A stretch of DNA of 64,000 nt from Microthyrium microscopicum. Taxonomy: Eukaryota. A program made the translations under genes and the position numbers. The notes under the pieces were generated by a model that saw only the letters and a list, made by a program, of their open reading frames with translations, had not been told where the DNA came from and ran no database searches. Of the stretch, positions 24,779-36,878 are shown piece by piece (within the stretch, counting starts at the first letter, position 1; every line of letters starts with the position of its first letter). The stretch is taken from the NCBI GenBank assembly GCA_010405405.1, contig MU004243.1:553340-617339 (forward strand), written 5' to 3'.

Positions 24779-27536
24779 ATGGATACGAACACATTCCTGC
24801 GCCTTGCGCCTCCACACGAAGCCGCTTCAACAACACAAATCCTCTCCAGCTCGCCTCGAGTGGACTCTCCACAAATGGGCGCACCTCAAGTACTTCGCGA
24901 TATGAACCGAAGAAGATCACTCAGTGGCAGCTATGGCCTACCTCCAAAAATACGACGACGGAATCGCCTAATCACATCGTGTCTGGAATGTCGTCGGAGG
25001 AAGCTCAAGTGTGATAAGGGTCATCCATGTGGAAACTGCACAAAGTTTGTTCGGGATTGTGTCTTCCTCGCGCCAGCTCTTGATCCGGCCGCCCAACTCA
25101 AACTTGCTGAGATTAAAGAAAAGATGGGCTCCTTGGAACGGACTTTGGAGGAAGATGTGGCTAAACGGGCACTTGGAGAACAAGGGCGCATGCACATGCA
25201 TCAAGGATCTAGCAGTGAAGGCGAGGCTACTGGCCCCGAGGACGAGAAGGATTTGGAGCCTACACCTCTGGCTTTCGAAGATGCGACTTACTATGAGGAT
25301 GCTGATGACGACTTAATGGACCTTGGAATTCAAATTGGAAAAATGAGGCTGACAGAGCGCCTGGGAGGTTTGGTACGGCCAAAGTTGGCATTCGAGGTAA
25401 GATCAATGACCCTGACAGTAGAGCCTTTTAACTCACATCTTCGCTAGTTGAGTCATGTTATGGACGACCGTCAATCGAATATCAGAAGTGAGCTGAAAGA
25501 TTATCAAAACATTGCCTCTGGTCTCGACCAATCTTGCAAGGAGTCGACGAATTTCGTCGCCCCTAGCAAGGATTTTACAGTTCCGTCCTCGAGTTTCTTC
25601 TTTGCTGCTGAGCCACAACGTTCTTCCTTCATGCAATATCTTCCCGCAAAGCCAGTAGCGGATCGTCTTCTGGAACAGTACTGGGAAGCAGTACATTACA
25701 TGGCACGAGTTGTGCATCGGCCAACATTCGAACGGCAATGGGCGCACTTTTGGGAGTGTGTTCATGTTGGCGTAGAGCCGGCGGCATCTTTACAAGCACT
25801 GGTAATGGGCACGATGCTTTCTGCTGTCATTAGCATGTCGGAGCAGGACGTAGCATTCGAATTTGGTGCCGTCAAGACACAACTCCTAGACTCTTTCCGG
25901 CAAGGAACAGAGAGCGCTCTTTACAAAGCCAACTTCTTACGCACGACAAAGCTGCAAACTCTCCAAGCTTTGGTATTATATCTTGTAGGTTATAAACTGA
26001 CTTGTTTGGACCACCTACTAACAACAACAGGTTGCCCTGTGTAGACGAGAGGTATCCCGCGCGCACTCGGCACTAACAGGAGCAGCTATTCGACTAGCCG
26101 AATGTATGGGTATCCACAGAGATGGCACTCATTACGGCCTATCGGCGGTGGACGTACATGTGAGAAGAATCGTCTGGTTTCAGCTCTGTTTCTTGGATAT
26201 CCGCACATGCGAAGCAACAGGACCCCGGCCACAAATACACAAAGAGGATTATGACACCAGATTACCCCTGAATGTGAACGACATTGATTTGGAGGGACCA
26301 AACCCACCAACTGAAGACTCGCACCAATGGACAGACATGACCTTTACATTGATACGTTTCGAATGTAACGAGAACCACCGATACCTCTGGCGACAGCGGC
26401 CGCGACTCGAGGACAAATCTATGTCTCTTACCAATGTCCTCAGTAGAGTCAAGTCGTTTGTTGAGGGCGCCGAGCAGAAATACATGCCCATGCTCGACAA
26501 AAATATTCCCATCCAATATATGACTATGCTCGTCTTTCGCCTCCTCACCCTCCGCAGCTATGTCATGATCCTCCACCGCTACGCCACAACTCCAACCCAA
26601 CCTATGCCCGAACGCTTGCGGAAGATTCTACTCAGTACTGGCGTGCAACAAGTCGAATGCGCCATCATCGTCGAAACAGCGCCAAGTCTCAAAAGCTGGT
26701 CCTGGAATCTCGGCACCTTCCACCAATACCACACCGCTATTCTGCTACTCGTCGAGCTTTACGCCACTCCGGAACGCTACTTTGAGGATCGCATTTGGGT
26801 CTGTCTCGACTGGGTCTTTGAACTACCCGCCAACCATACGCGACGCGAAAAAGCCCGACTCGTTTTCGGCGAGATTGTACAAAAGACGGAATATTTCCAC
26901 TCGCTACGTCGTATCCGCGCACCAAAAACTGTCGATGATGAGATCCGAGTTGTCGAACGTAACAAGGAATACAGCGCCGCGAATCCATCACCAACGACTT
27001 CATCTTCGGCGAGCGAACATACGACTGCGCCGACCAGTGCGGCGAGTGATCAAAGCCAGCATGGCAGCCCAACGAGTCCACGGAAACCAAACTTGCTGCG
27101 CGAGCGAGGCTTCCCAGATCCAATTCCGAGTATGGAGTTTAAGAACTTTACTTTCCTGCCTGAAGTCCAGTACTATAGCATCGCCGCTGGTCGACCGTCG
27201 GCAAGCCCGCAAAGTAGTGACTACAGCACGAGTGCAGCAACTGGTGCGGATCATCCTCAACCTGCGCAGGACATGGAGCTGGGAGCATGTAACCTGCCTG
27301 CGCTGAACAATGCAACCGCAATGAAGGTTGACATTGACTGGGTACGTATCTGCTATAAGATAGAAGACATAATACTAACCAATTAATAGAATGAGTGGGA
27401 TAAGCTGTTCCCGCCAGATGTGAACCTGACGGATGTGCCGCCGCCCGAATTTAGCATTCAGCAAACAGCGGATGGATATCTTGCAAGAAATGGAGGATTT
27501 ACGAATGGGCAGAATGGGCAGAATGGATTTCATTGA
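24779..27536 (+). CDS. Zn(II)2Cys6 transcription factor with fungal-specific TF domain
   Basis: SCLECRRRKLKCDKGHPCGNC..C cluster and MGIHRDG..RRIVWFQLCFLD. Three introns; the last exon is NEWDKLFPP...GFH*. Confidence 0.92.
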
Positions 27537-28043
27537 GGAACATGCCCTTTATATATCAGTTGAGTATGTCCGTCTAGTAGTAAGGACATGTATAAAGATG
27601 CTACGCCATTATGTATTAGATATTGAGCATTAATTACGAACAGCAACAATCGCATTGTACTCTTGAACTATATCAGATCAACCATGACGCGTTCCTATTT
27701 CGGCGAGGTACAGAAGGTACCTTGAGCTAAGGCATGCTACCTGTTAGGTGAGCTTTAAATACACCCGTCCAAAAACATTCGGGGGTGTTGCATTTGCGAG
27801 ACCAATCACGGGCAATCTGCGACAGTTCTACAGGTCTGATCAAATAATACCTGTGTAGAATGCTCATATCATAAATATTATATCGGAATGTTTAAGGAAA
27901 GCAAGCCTAAAAACTCATGAACAGCTTTCGGACAAGTTAGAATAATTCTGTCGACATCCACAGATTTTATTCCCGTTCTCCAAGACCCTGAGTTCCGGCA
28001 AGGCCTCACTTCTCAAGGATCACAACATCATCCTTCGCGCCTT

Positions 28044-29048
28044 ATGGGGGATCTTAACAACACTAGCGCGGCTCGAAATGTCATTCTTCTTGAACCCGAT
28101 GCTGCTTATTCAAACATGTCTCTGGCGATCTCCGAGCAGGAAGATACCTATGACACGCGGATAAGATATCGGCCCTTCCTCCTCTCTCCCAGCATTGCTC
28201 AGAATGATTGGATAGCGAACCTAGAGCTCAGCACAGCATTGCAGATGATGAATGCTCATCTGAAAACACCTGGCAAAGAAAGAATCAAGATCTTAGTTCT
28301 ATATGGAAGTTTAAGGCACAGGTGGACAAAATCAGACAAGTCCCGTTACCAAATCGCTAAAACTCAACAGATCATATTCGCGCCTGCTAGCATATGAAGC
28401 CAGCCGGATCTTGTTCCGCCTTGGCTGCGATGTCAGAGTATACAATCCCTCTGGACTTCCCGTCAAGGACGACGTACAGCACAATCACCCTAAGGTCCAA
28501 GAACTTCGAGAGCTGAGCAAATGGAGTGATGGACATTGCTGGATATGTCCCGAGCAGCATGGAAATCTGGTATGATGCAAGCCCAAAAGCAGCACAGCTA
28601 TAGCAACTAATCTTCCAAGACCGCGGTCTTCAAGAATCAAATCGACTGGATCCCTCTCAGTACAGGCTCCGTCCGACCTACACAAGGTCGCACCCTTGCC
28701 ATCGCTCAGGTATCTGGCGGTTCCCAGTCTTTCAACACAGTGAACAGCCTCCGAATCCTGGGCCGCTGGATGCGGATGTTTGCAATACCAAATCAGAGCT
28801 CGATACCAAAAGCGTATACTCAGTTCACGGGAGAGAACGAAGCCGAAGGTGGCAGCAGGCTAATGCCTAGTGATAATCGAGATCGTTTGGTAGACTGCAT
28901 GGAGGAGTTGGTCAAGTACAGTATCATTATGGAACCACATTTCAATCTTTTTGGAGATAGATATAGCGAGCGTGTTGAAAGACTTGCCAAACAGGAAAAG
29001 CTGGCACAGGCTGCTGCAGCAGCGAAGGTGCTCTCCTCGTCTTCATAG
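28044..29048 (+). CDS. arsH: Arsenic resistance protein ArsH (NADPH-dependent flavoprotein, methylarsenite oxidase type)
   Basis: [79 protein letters not shown] and DRYSER; two introns. Confidence 0.95.
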
Positions 29049-29279
29049 GCCATGAAGGTCCTGCTACTAGACACATAGCGAAAATTTCCAAGCAAGACTT
29101 CTCACAGTGCTAAAATGCAGTGCAAAATGACCAACAATGGGCGTCACATCAAAGTACGAAATGCTTCTAATACGTTGCCTTCACCTCGCAGACGAGCGAA
29201 CAATGGCTGCAGATAGAACTACAATTTAACGGTACTTCTCAAGTCTACCTAAGTACATTTGCGGGCGCTAGGCTCCAAT

Positions 29280-30802
29280 TCACTTCTCACCAGAGAGCAG
29301 CGAGTCAAAGACAGTAGTCTTGACCTTGGTCTTGTCTAGGTCCAGCACAGCTTGCACTTCGTCATCTATATTCTTCAAGAATCTCTCCTTGTCCCACTTT
29401 GGTTGCCAGCCAAGTCGATACGCATTGACAGGCACGAGCTGCCCACTATATCATGCGTTAGGTTTTGATTTCTTGTCCATGATGATGAATGCTTACGAAG
29501 TGGTTCCCATAGCTCGCAGAAACATACGTGGAAATCCTAGGTAGTCTGCTGCCACCTCATCGCTAGGCCAGAACGGTGTTTTAGGCTCTTCCACAAGCCC
29601 GCGGGCATACAAAGCCTTAGCAAGACCGTCCATGATTTCCCACCAACCCACTGTATGGGCTATTGCAAAATAGTAGCCATCTTTACCACTCGGAATAGGA
29701 GTTCCTTGCAGGATTCTCTCCGTAAGGAGACCATAGAGTGCTACCAGATCGGAAATATGCGCTGTGGGCGGATTCTGTAAAGTAGGCAGAGCGTTAGTAC
29801 AGTATACTGAAATCCAATTATGTTGCAATTTGGTGTCTCGGTCTGACGTTCATGTTGCTCTCAATGCAAAAACTCGTTTGGGACTTACACCGTCTTTATC
29901 GAATTTATAGACAACTTTGTGCGCAATGCCGGATCTGATATGTGCTGGGATATTTGCAGACAGCTTCTTCCACTGGCCACTGCCTCTTCCGTCTATTGAC
30001 ACATAAGCTCGGCTTCATTTGGGGGAATTTCGGGGTGTCTTTCAGGGCACATACAGACGAATGGTAATGCAATGTTGATGCTCGTAACACCCAACGTTTG
30101 AGCTAGTTCAACGACGAGGAGATTGGTCTTGTCAACATGTTAGAAGAGGCACGTTCACGAGGGGCTTTGGACGAGGGAAGTGAGAGACTTGCCTTTCGAA
30201 CCGGATTCTGGTCCCCCATTTCCTTCTCCTTCTCAAACAAGGGATCCGTATCCCGAACTTCCCCATCCTCCCAGCCGACCTCAGGAGCAAACAAGGTGGT
30301 GACAGAGGACTAAAATCTCATCAATAGACCAACAGATAAACAAAGGGCAGAAATACTTGCGTGTATGAAATATGTCTCCTTTCCACTTATTTCGCGGTTC
30401 CGACCAAGGCCTTTGATAAGGTGAGAAGCGAGACGGGAATCCATGGAGCTCGCTGTGTGAATAACAATATCGACTAAAGCAATGTGAGTCGTCTTTACGA
30501 ACTTGTCCAAGAAGCCTGTCATGTTTACATACTCTTATTGCTGACTATAACTTCCATCACGGCCGTTTCGTCACTGAGATCGACTTTGACCACATTGACA
30601 CCCAATTTTGACAAGCTTTGGCTCTGTTCCTCCGATCGAACTGCGGCGCTGATATTCGCTGCCTTGATTGGGCCAGCTGTACGTGATATGAAATCCGCGA
30701 CAATTGAGCCTCCGCTGTGAATGTGTTAACTGAGTACAACAATATGAATGGTGCGTTGTACATATAGCCAGCAGCGCCGGTGATGAGAATGTTCTGACCC
30801 AT
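29280..30802 (-). CDS. NAD(P)-binding Rossmann epimerase/dehydratase-like (atypical SDR) protein
   Basis: NILITGAAGY.GG, VIHTAS, HISDL..LY, GYYF and LGWQP. Multi-exon, with two GC-AG introns. Confidence 0.85.
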
Positions 30803-31218
30803 GTTTCTAGATTTTAGAACAGGAATTGCATATCTTGTTGAGACGGAGAGTTTTCTGCCTGCTGAAATAAGATCAGCTCAAGCTACTTATAGTCCAACTT
30901 TATAAGGTCGAAAAGGTCAGGAGGTTGGCCTTTGCCCCGTGAAATCTCCTAAGAATTGCGCGTGTCTGATTGTCAGAACGAAGCCGACGGCAGAGCCGCA
31001 GAGGTATCACGATCAGCCTTGTCAGCCTTGTCTTGCCTGCCTACCAACCAATCAGTGAAGCCCTGGGCTCTCGCCGGAAATCCGCGCGAATCCGTAGTGG
31101 TACGTGCACCGCATGTGTTATTGATTCGTTCCCAAACTCATTGCCATTATTTAATACAAGAGGTATACCGTTCATGGCGAGACTATGGCTAGTATTCTGC
31201 CAGGACGCTTGATCATCG

Positions 31219-33653
31219 ATGGAATCCCGCGGGGAGAATAGCAATGGGCGATCAAAAGGCCGACCACCAATAGCTCGTCGCTCAGTAAGCTCAAGTCCAG
31301 CTACGTCGCGTCCTTGGTATCAGCTAATTCTGATGGATGAAATAGTGCGATCAGTGCCGTACTCGGAAGGTGAGCTTTTTCGGTGTTGCAATTCATCCGT
31401 CGGAGAATGAACATTAGGAATTAACCGATTATCGTTGAGCAGATTGGCTGTGATAGAGGGTCACCTTGTTCGAATTGTGCGTCAGCCAAACTCAATTGCA
31501 CCCACAGCACGGTTGCATCCAGTGCAACGATTCCAAAGCAGAGAGTTTTGATATCTGCGCAATAGTAAGTCAGCCTGCAGCCCTCTTGACCGTGTCGCCT
31601 TCTGCTAAGCTGCTAATGTGATTCTGCTGTCAGTGAAAAGAAAATCGATGATATCGCGAGGAGCATCGATGGCATTAAGCTTTCTCTACAGGTATTGGAC
31701 GCGCCCTCAAGTAGAAAATCATCTGAGATTGGCTCTATAGGGCATCTCAGTCAAGTTAGATCATCAGCGCCTCTGACTGAGCCTCAATCCAGCTCTACGT
31801 CTAGCGGTCCAACTGTATGGGATCATTCTGCTCATATAATCGATTTTATCAAAATCATTGTAGAAGACATCGGATCAAGAGATGACAGGCCTCAAACGAG
31901 CAAAGTTCTCTCATCGTTGAGGAGCCTCGTGCAAACTCTAGAGGGTCCTGCTGCCGTTCGAGCCTTGTTGTTCCCGGAGGTCAAGGCTGTAGAAGTCCAG
32001 GCAGATCCTCCCATGCCCCCTTTGGAGGCTGTTGTGGCGGTTTTGCGTTGGGTTAAGGGTGAGTTTCTGATCACGATATATTAGTACTTCTCTTTAACGC
32101 GGACGTTAGATCACGAGTGGTGTACTAGAATCAAGTGGTTCTCTCGAATACTTCCGCGTCAGAAGTTCGCCGACATCTGCCGGAAAGTATACTTCGCATT
32201 GGAAGATTATAGCGAGATAGATCTCATAATCGCCAATGGGTACTTGTCTTACGTATTCTTTGAACAAGTGGTGATATCCGGTCATGAAGGATACCGACAG
32301 TACTCTCAACTTTGTCAGACAAACTTCCAAAATGCTCTTTCCCGGCTTCCAATACTTCTACCAACATCCATGGAGACTGTTGCTGCGTTGACCCTCGGAG
32401 TACGTATGCTGCTGCGATAAGGTGTCATTCTGTAGATCTCCGCTAATGCTAACCCAAGTCGTTCAATGCAATCGAGAATTCCAAAAGCATGGCGGCGTGG
32501 AGATTCATTTCCGCTGCCTTGGATCTCTGCCAGACACTAGGATATCATCGCCTACGCTTCCCGGGAAACCAGGATCAGGATGAGGAACTACGAACTGCCC
32601 AAGAACGTCTGTTTTGGACTGTGTATAAAGTTGAGAAAGGACTTGCGCTCCAGCTTGGCAGATCGTCTAACATCTGCGACACTGAGATCACGTTGCTATC
32701 CAATGCAGACGAGCCACGGTTTACCAAGATTGCAAAAATTCAGGGCAAAGTTTACGATCAACTGTACAGCCCAGTAGGACTGTCTCGATTAGACATTGAA
32801 CGCGGTTTGATGGCAGATGCACTCGCATCGGACTTACGAGAATTAATCAATCAGACAAATATCGAGCTTTTCGAGTCAACCTCCGGTCCAACTGACGGGG
32901 AAGCGTATGCTTCTAGCGGTCAGTCTATCAACTCTGATATCGATCCGATGCGTATCATTTATTTGCAGTGTGATCTGGTCTCCCAGTCTTCATTACTTGC
33001 CTTGATACTACGGGCCGTTCCACCCATACCAGGCTCTTTAAATAGTGTATCTGATGAATGTATTACGGTTGCGCGTAATGCTTTGGACATACATCAGCAA
33101 TGTATGACGATGGTTCGCGCTTGCCGAAGCGACCCGTTCATTGTAGTAAAGTACATCAACTGGTGAGTGCTTGCTTCCCATATGTTTCCTGTTCCTACAA
33201 GTTCGAAATGACTACTTTCTTAGACTGACTCTTCAAATGAACAGTGCAATTATGCATGGCCCATTCGTACCATTCAGTATTCTGTTTACCCACGCTGTGA
33301 AGCTTTTGGATGTCCGCGACTTAGCGCGCTTAGAAGACTTTGTGGCTTCGCTGCGACCTGAAGCAGCCTGGCCAGAGTCCATCACACATCCATATAGACT
33401 GTATGGGTTGCTTTGTCAGGCTGCACGACTCTACTTTGATTTGAGTTCCCATTATTCATTCTCTGACCCGGTCTTGACTCAAAGCCAGCCTGATTCCACA
33501 GGTGAATTCGGATTCGTGGGCTTTGGAATAAGAGCTGGACCTACCACAGATGACACGATGGAGACTAGCAATCCTCAAGCGGATCGGCTGAGTGATTGGT
33601 ACTATGGCAATCAGCAGATCATGAGCTTGCTAGATGAGGACGTGATATTTTGA
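31219..33653 (+). CDS. Zn(II)2Cys6 transcription factor, divergent from the SDR gene
   Basis: The cluster CDQCRTRK|IGCDRGSPCSNC...C is assembled from micro-exons; later LCQTLGYHR..RLFWTVY. Confidence 0.88.
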
Positions 33654-34011
33654 AATCCGATTTATCTTTGCGTACTGAAAGCTAGATCGCGATTTCACAT
33701 CAACTTGTTCTATGGAGGTACTCTATAACTTATACATACACACGAATGAACTGGTGGTGCTTCTGCACATATCTTTTCACAAAATTGGCCGCCGATTTGA
33801 TGTCTTAAAAGTTGATATCCGGCCCCCTGGTAGCTTGCTAAAACTGCAGATGGACCTCCACTAAGATCAAGACCTCTCCCTGTCGGTCACGTCAATACCG
33901 TAGATACTATCTAACAGTGCGAAAGAGCTTTCATCAACCTCAACAAACAGCTAATACTCCAGTCCAGCTCTACCTCCTTCAGCAATCCAATACCTCAAAA
34001 TCTAATGTGCT

Positions 34012-34974
34012 ATGCCATCATCGAAAGAATTGAGCCACAGGCGGGGTAATAAGACGAAGGTAATCACTCGCTTTGATGATAAGTCGGACGGCCATGATCA
34101 GACGTCAGACTGACCTCGGAAACAGGCGTCTGACCTTGAGCGTATGCGAAATAACCAAAGACGCTCGCGCGAAAGAAGAAAGGAGTATATCGCTGAACTA
34201 GAAGCAAAGATACAGACTTACGAAGCACTGGACAATCAAAGTTTCACTGACCACAAGATCCAGCTTCTTTCCCAAGAGAACGACACCTTGAGAAAGCTTT
34301 TGGACTCTATTGGACTTGGTAGAGACTTCACTTCGGCATATCAAGATGCGTCTAGAATGGCATTGAGCATGTCGAATATCACGACACTAACAAGCCTCTC
34401 GACAGAGCTGAAAGTTGCGAACTGTTGCCAAGCTAAACCAAGTTCGCCTTCTCCAAGGCCTCAGGTGGGTATATCTCAGGGAACACAACCTTCTCATCTA
34501 GCTAATGCTTTCTAGGAATGCGAAAAGTCAATTTCAAGTGAAGAAATACAGGAGGTAGAGCCTCTAGAAACGTACATCAACCTTGGGCCCATTACATCTT
34601 CCTTGGAAAATACAATGAACCCCTCTCATGCTGTGAACACTTTTTCATGGGATACCCCTTTCGACGACTCCGACTTTCTGGGCGAGAGCGCAATATCAAC
34701 ACAGCCTCAAAAGTTTGTAACAAAGTCTCCAGCTCCTGTTGTAGACCAGCCGCCTTCAAATAGTACAGCATGCACAACAAGCTCGCTGAAACATGAAGAT
34801 ACCACTCTATGTTCAGTTGCATTTTCTCTGGTCACAATGAGTAATCGAAAAGGGCACAATATTGCAGATCTAGAGTTGAAATTGCGTATTGGATATCATT
34901 ACGAGCATTCAACATTCGAAGGATGTCGAGTGGACAACAAAATCTTGCTTGCTGTTCTCACAGAGATAATTTAA
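34012..34974 (+). CDS. bZIP transcription factor with Cys-containing C-terminal domain
   Basis: Basic region ERMRNNQRRSRERRKEYIAELE and zipper ENDTLRKLL; C-terminal TTLCSVAF...GCRVDNK; two introns. Confidence 0.88.
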
Positions 34975-35232
34975 GGCAAGTAGACGAAAAAAATCAATAT
35001 AGATTGTGATATTGTATTCTGAGCTACCTGAACACTGACCATTCTCGTGATCTACTTGGTTTTCTAGCCGGCCAACCAGTCGAATGTAAAGGCCTGGATT
35101 GCCTCATATCGGCCACTTTTCCCGCATAATTCAGATAACGAGGTTTCGTACAGTGAGTACACCCAGCCATGATCTTCAAAAATTACTTGTTTTGTCATGG
35201 CGGATTTGCGATGCCAAGATCCTTGCCTGCGA

Positions 35233-35300
35233 TGACATCTCGCAACGACATCTCGCAGACATCTCATGGCGACACTACAATGACATATCCAATGACACAC
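35233..35300 (+). repeat. Six degenerate GACA(T/C) direct repeats upstream of arsM
   Basis: gacatctcgcaac gacatctcgca gacatctcatggc gacactacaat gacatatccaat gacacac. Confidence 0.7.
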
Positions 35301-35463
35301 CAACAAATCTCCTATAGATAAAAGACTTGCGTCTCTGAAGGCTAGCTTTTCAAGTAGTGAATTGCAACCGAAACCCTGCAATTCCGAACTTTTCACACAT
35401 CTGTCCTCCAGTAGTCCACTCACAGTCACTGCAACTTATCACGACGAAAATAAACCCGCAACT

Positions 35464-36569
35464 ATGAACAGCAGCAATGAGATATACAACAAGGTCCATG
35501 ACCACTACGGCTCTCTTGCTCGAAGTGCTCAACCTGCAAACAGCAGCGCAATCGCCAAAGCCTTTGGCTATTCCGCCCACGAGCTCGAGAGCATCACATC
35601 AGATGCCAACCTTGGAGTCAGCTGCGGCAATCCTCTGGCAATTGCCAGCCTAACCCAGGCAAGCATTTTATCCAAACACTTCCTATCGACCATTGCAGAC
35701 TGACTATTCATACAGGGCGAAACCGTCATCGATCTCGGCAGTGGCGCCGGCCTCGACGCCCTCCTCGCCTCCAAAAAAATCGGACCAACAGGCCATGTAT
35801 TCGGCATCGACATGAACAAAGTACACAACCCTACATCTACAAACTCGGACTAACGAAGAACCTCCAGGACATGTTAGCCCGAGCACGCAAAAACCAAGCC
35901 CAAACCCCCGAGGCCACCAACATATCCTTCATCGAGTCAAAAATCACATCCGTCCCCCTAGAAGACGATATCGCCGACTGTATCATCTCCAACTGTGTAA
36001 TCAACCTAGTCCCTGAATCCGAGAAACCCACCGTCTTCGCTGAGATGGGCCGCTTGCTCAAGGCGGGCGGACGAGTCGCCATCTCTGATATTTTGGCGCG
36101 CAAGCCGTTGACTGGGGAGTTGAGGGATAGCGTCGCTTTGTATGTTGGGTGTGTTGCTGGTGCGAGCATGGAAGGTGATTATGTGCGCTGGTTGAGGAAG
36201 GCTGGATTCGATGGTATGTGGGCCGGCATTCTTGATGGTTAAACATCAGCTGATAGGGAGTAGATATTACGATTGTTGATGCGAGGAGTGATTTGAATGT
36301 ATATGCTGACTTGGCACAAGGACCCAAGGCAGATATTTCTGGATGCTGTGTGCCATCTGCTGCCACAGATTCCGAAGGACAAGAGGCGGCAGGCGGGTGT
36401 TGTGCACCAAGTAATGCGGTTAATGCTAGTGAGCGCAGTGCTATGGTGGCAGGAATTGAGCTGAAGGATATCGATGTTAATGAATGGGCTGGTGAGTGAT
36501 GCAACATTACTTCGAAAAAATATGCTGACATAGAAAGGTTCTTTCAAGATTTTCGCTGTCAAAAAGTGA
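35464..36569 (+). CDS. arsM: Arsenite S-adenosylmethionine methyltransferase
   Basis: [28 protein letters not shown] and YVGCVAGA, plus C-terminal GCC..GGCC. Four introns, the first GC-AG (35659-35715). Confidence 0.93.
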
Positions 36570-36878
36570 TTGTTGAAACACCTCCGAAGGCCTTGAGAGA
36601 CCCAGTACGTTGTTTTAAGGAAGACCTTGGTACGGCTGGTCGCTGCTGTAGGCACCTATCGCCTCAATTATGGAGTCAATTTCACGATTGACTAGTCTAC
36701 CTTCAGCATATGCTGCTCACTGGCTTGGGGCAATGAGTGGTTGCCAGAGCCTTATACTGCGAAGTTAGCTCTCTCCAAGCCACTACATGCTTTGAGTCTA
36801 ATAATACAACATCACATCTCACATACGGCCCCCCAAAATCAGAGAACATAAGATAATATATTACAATAACTACCAATC

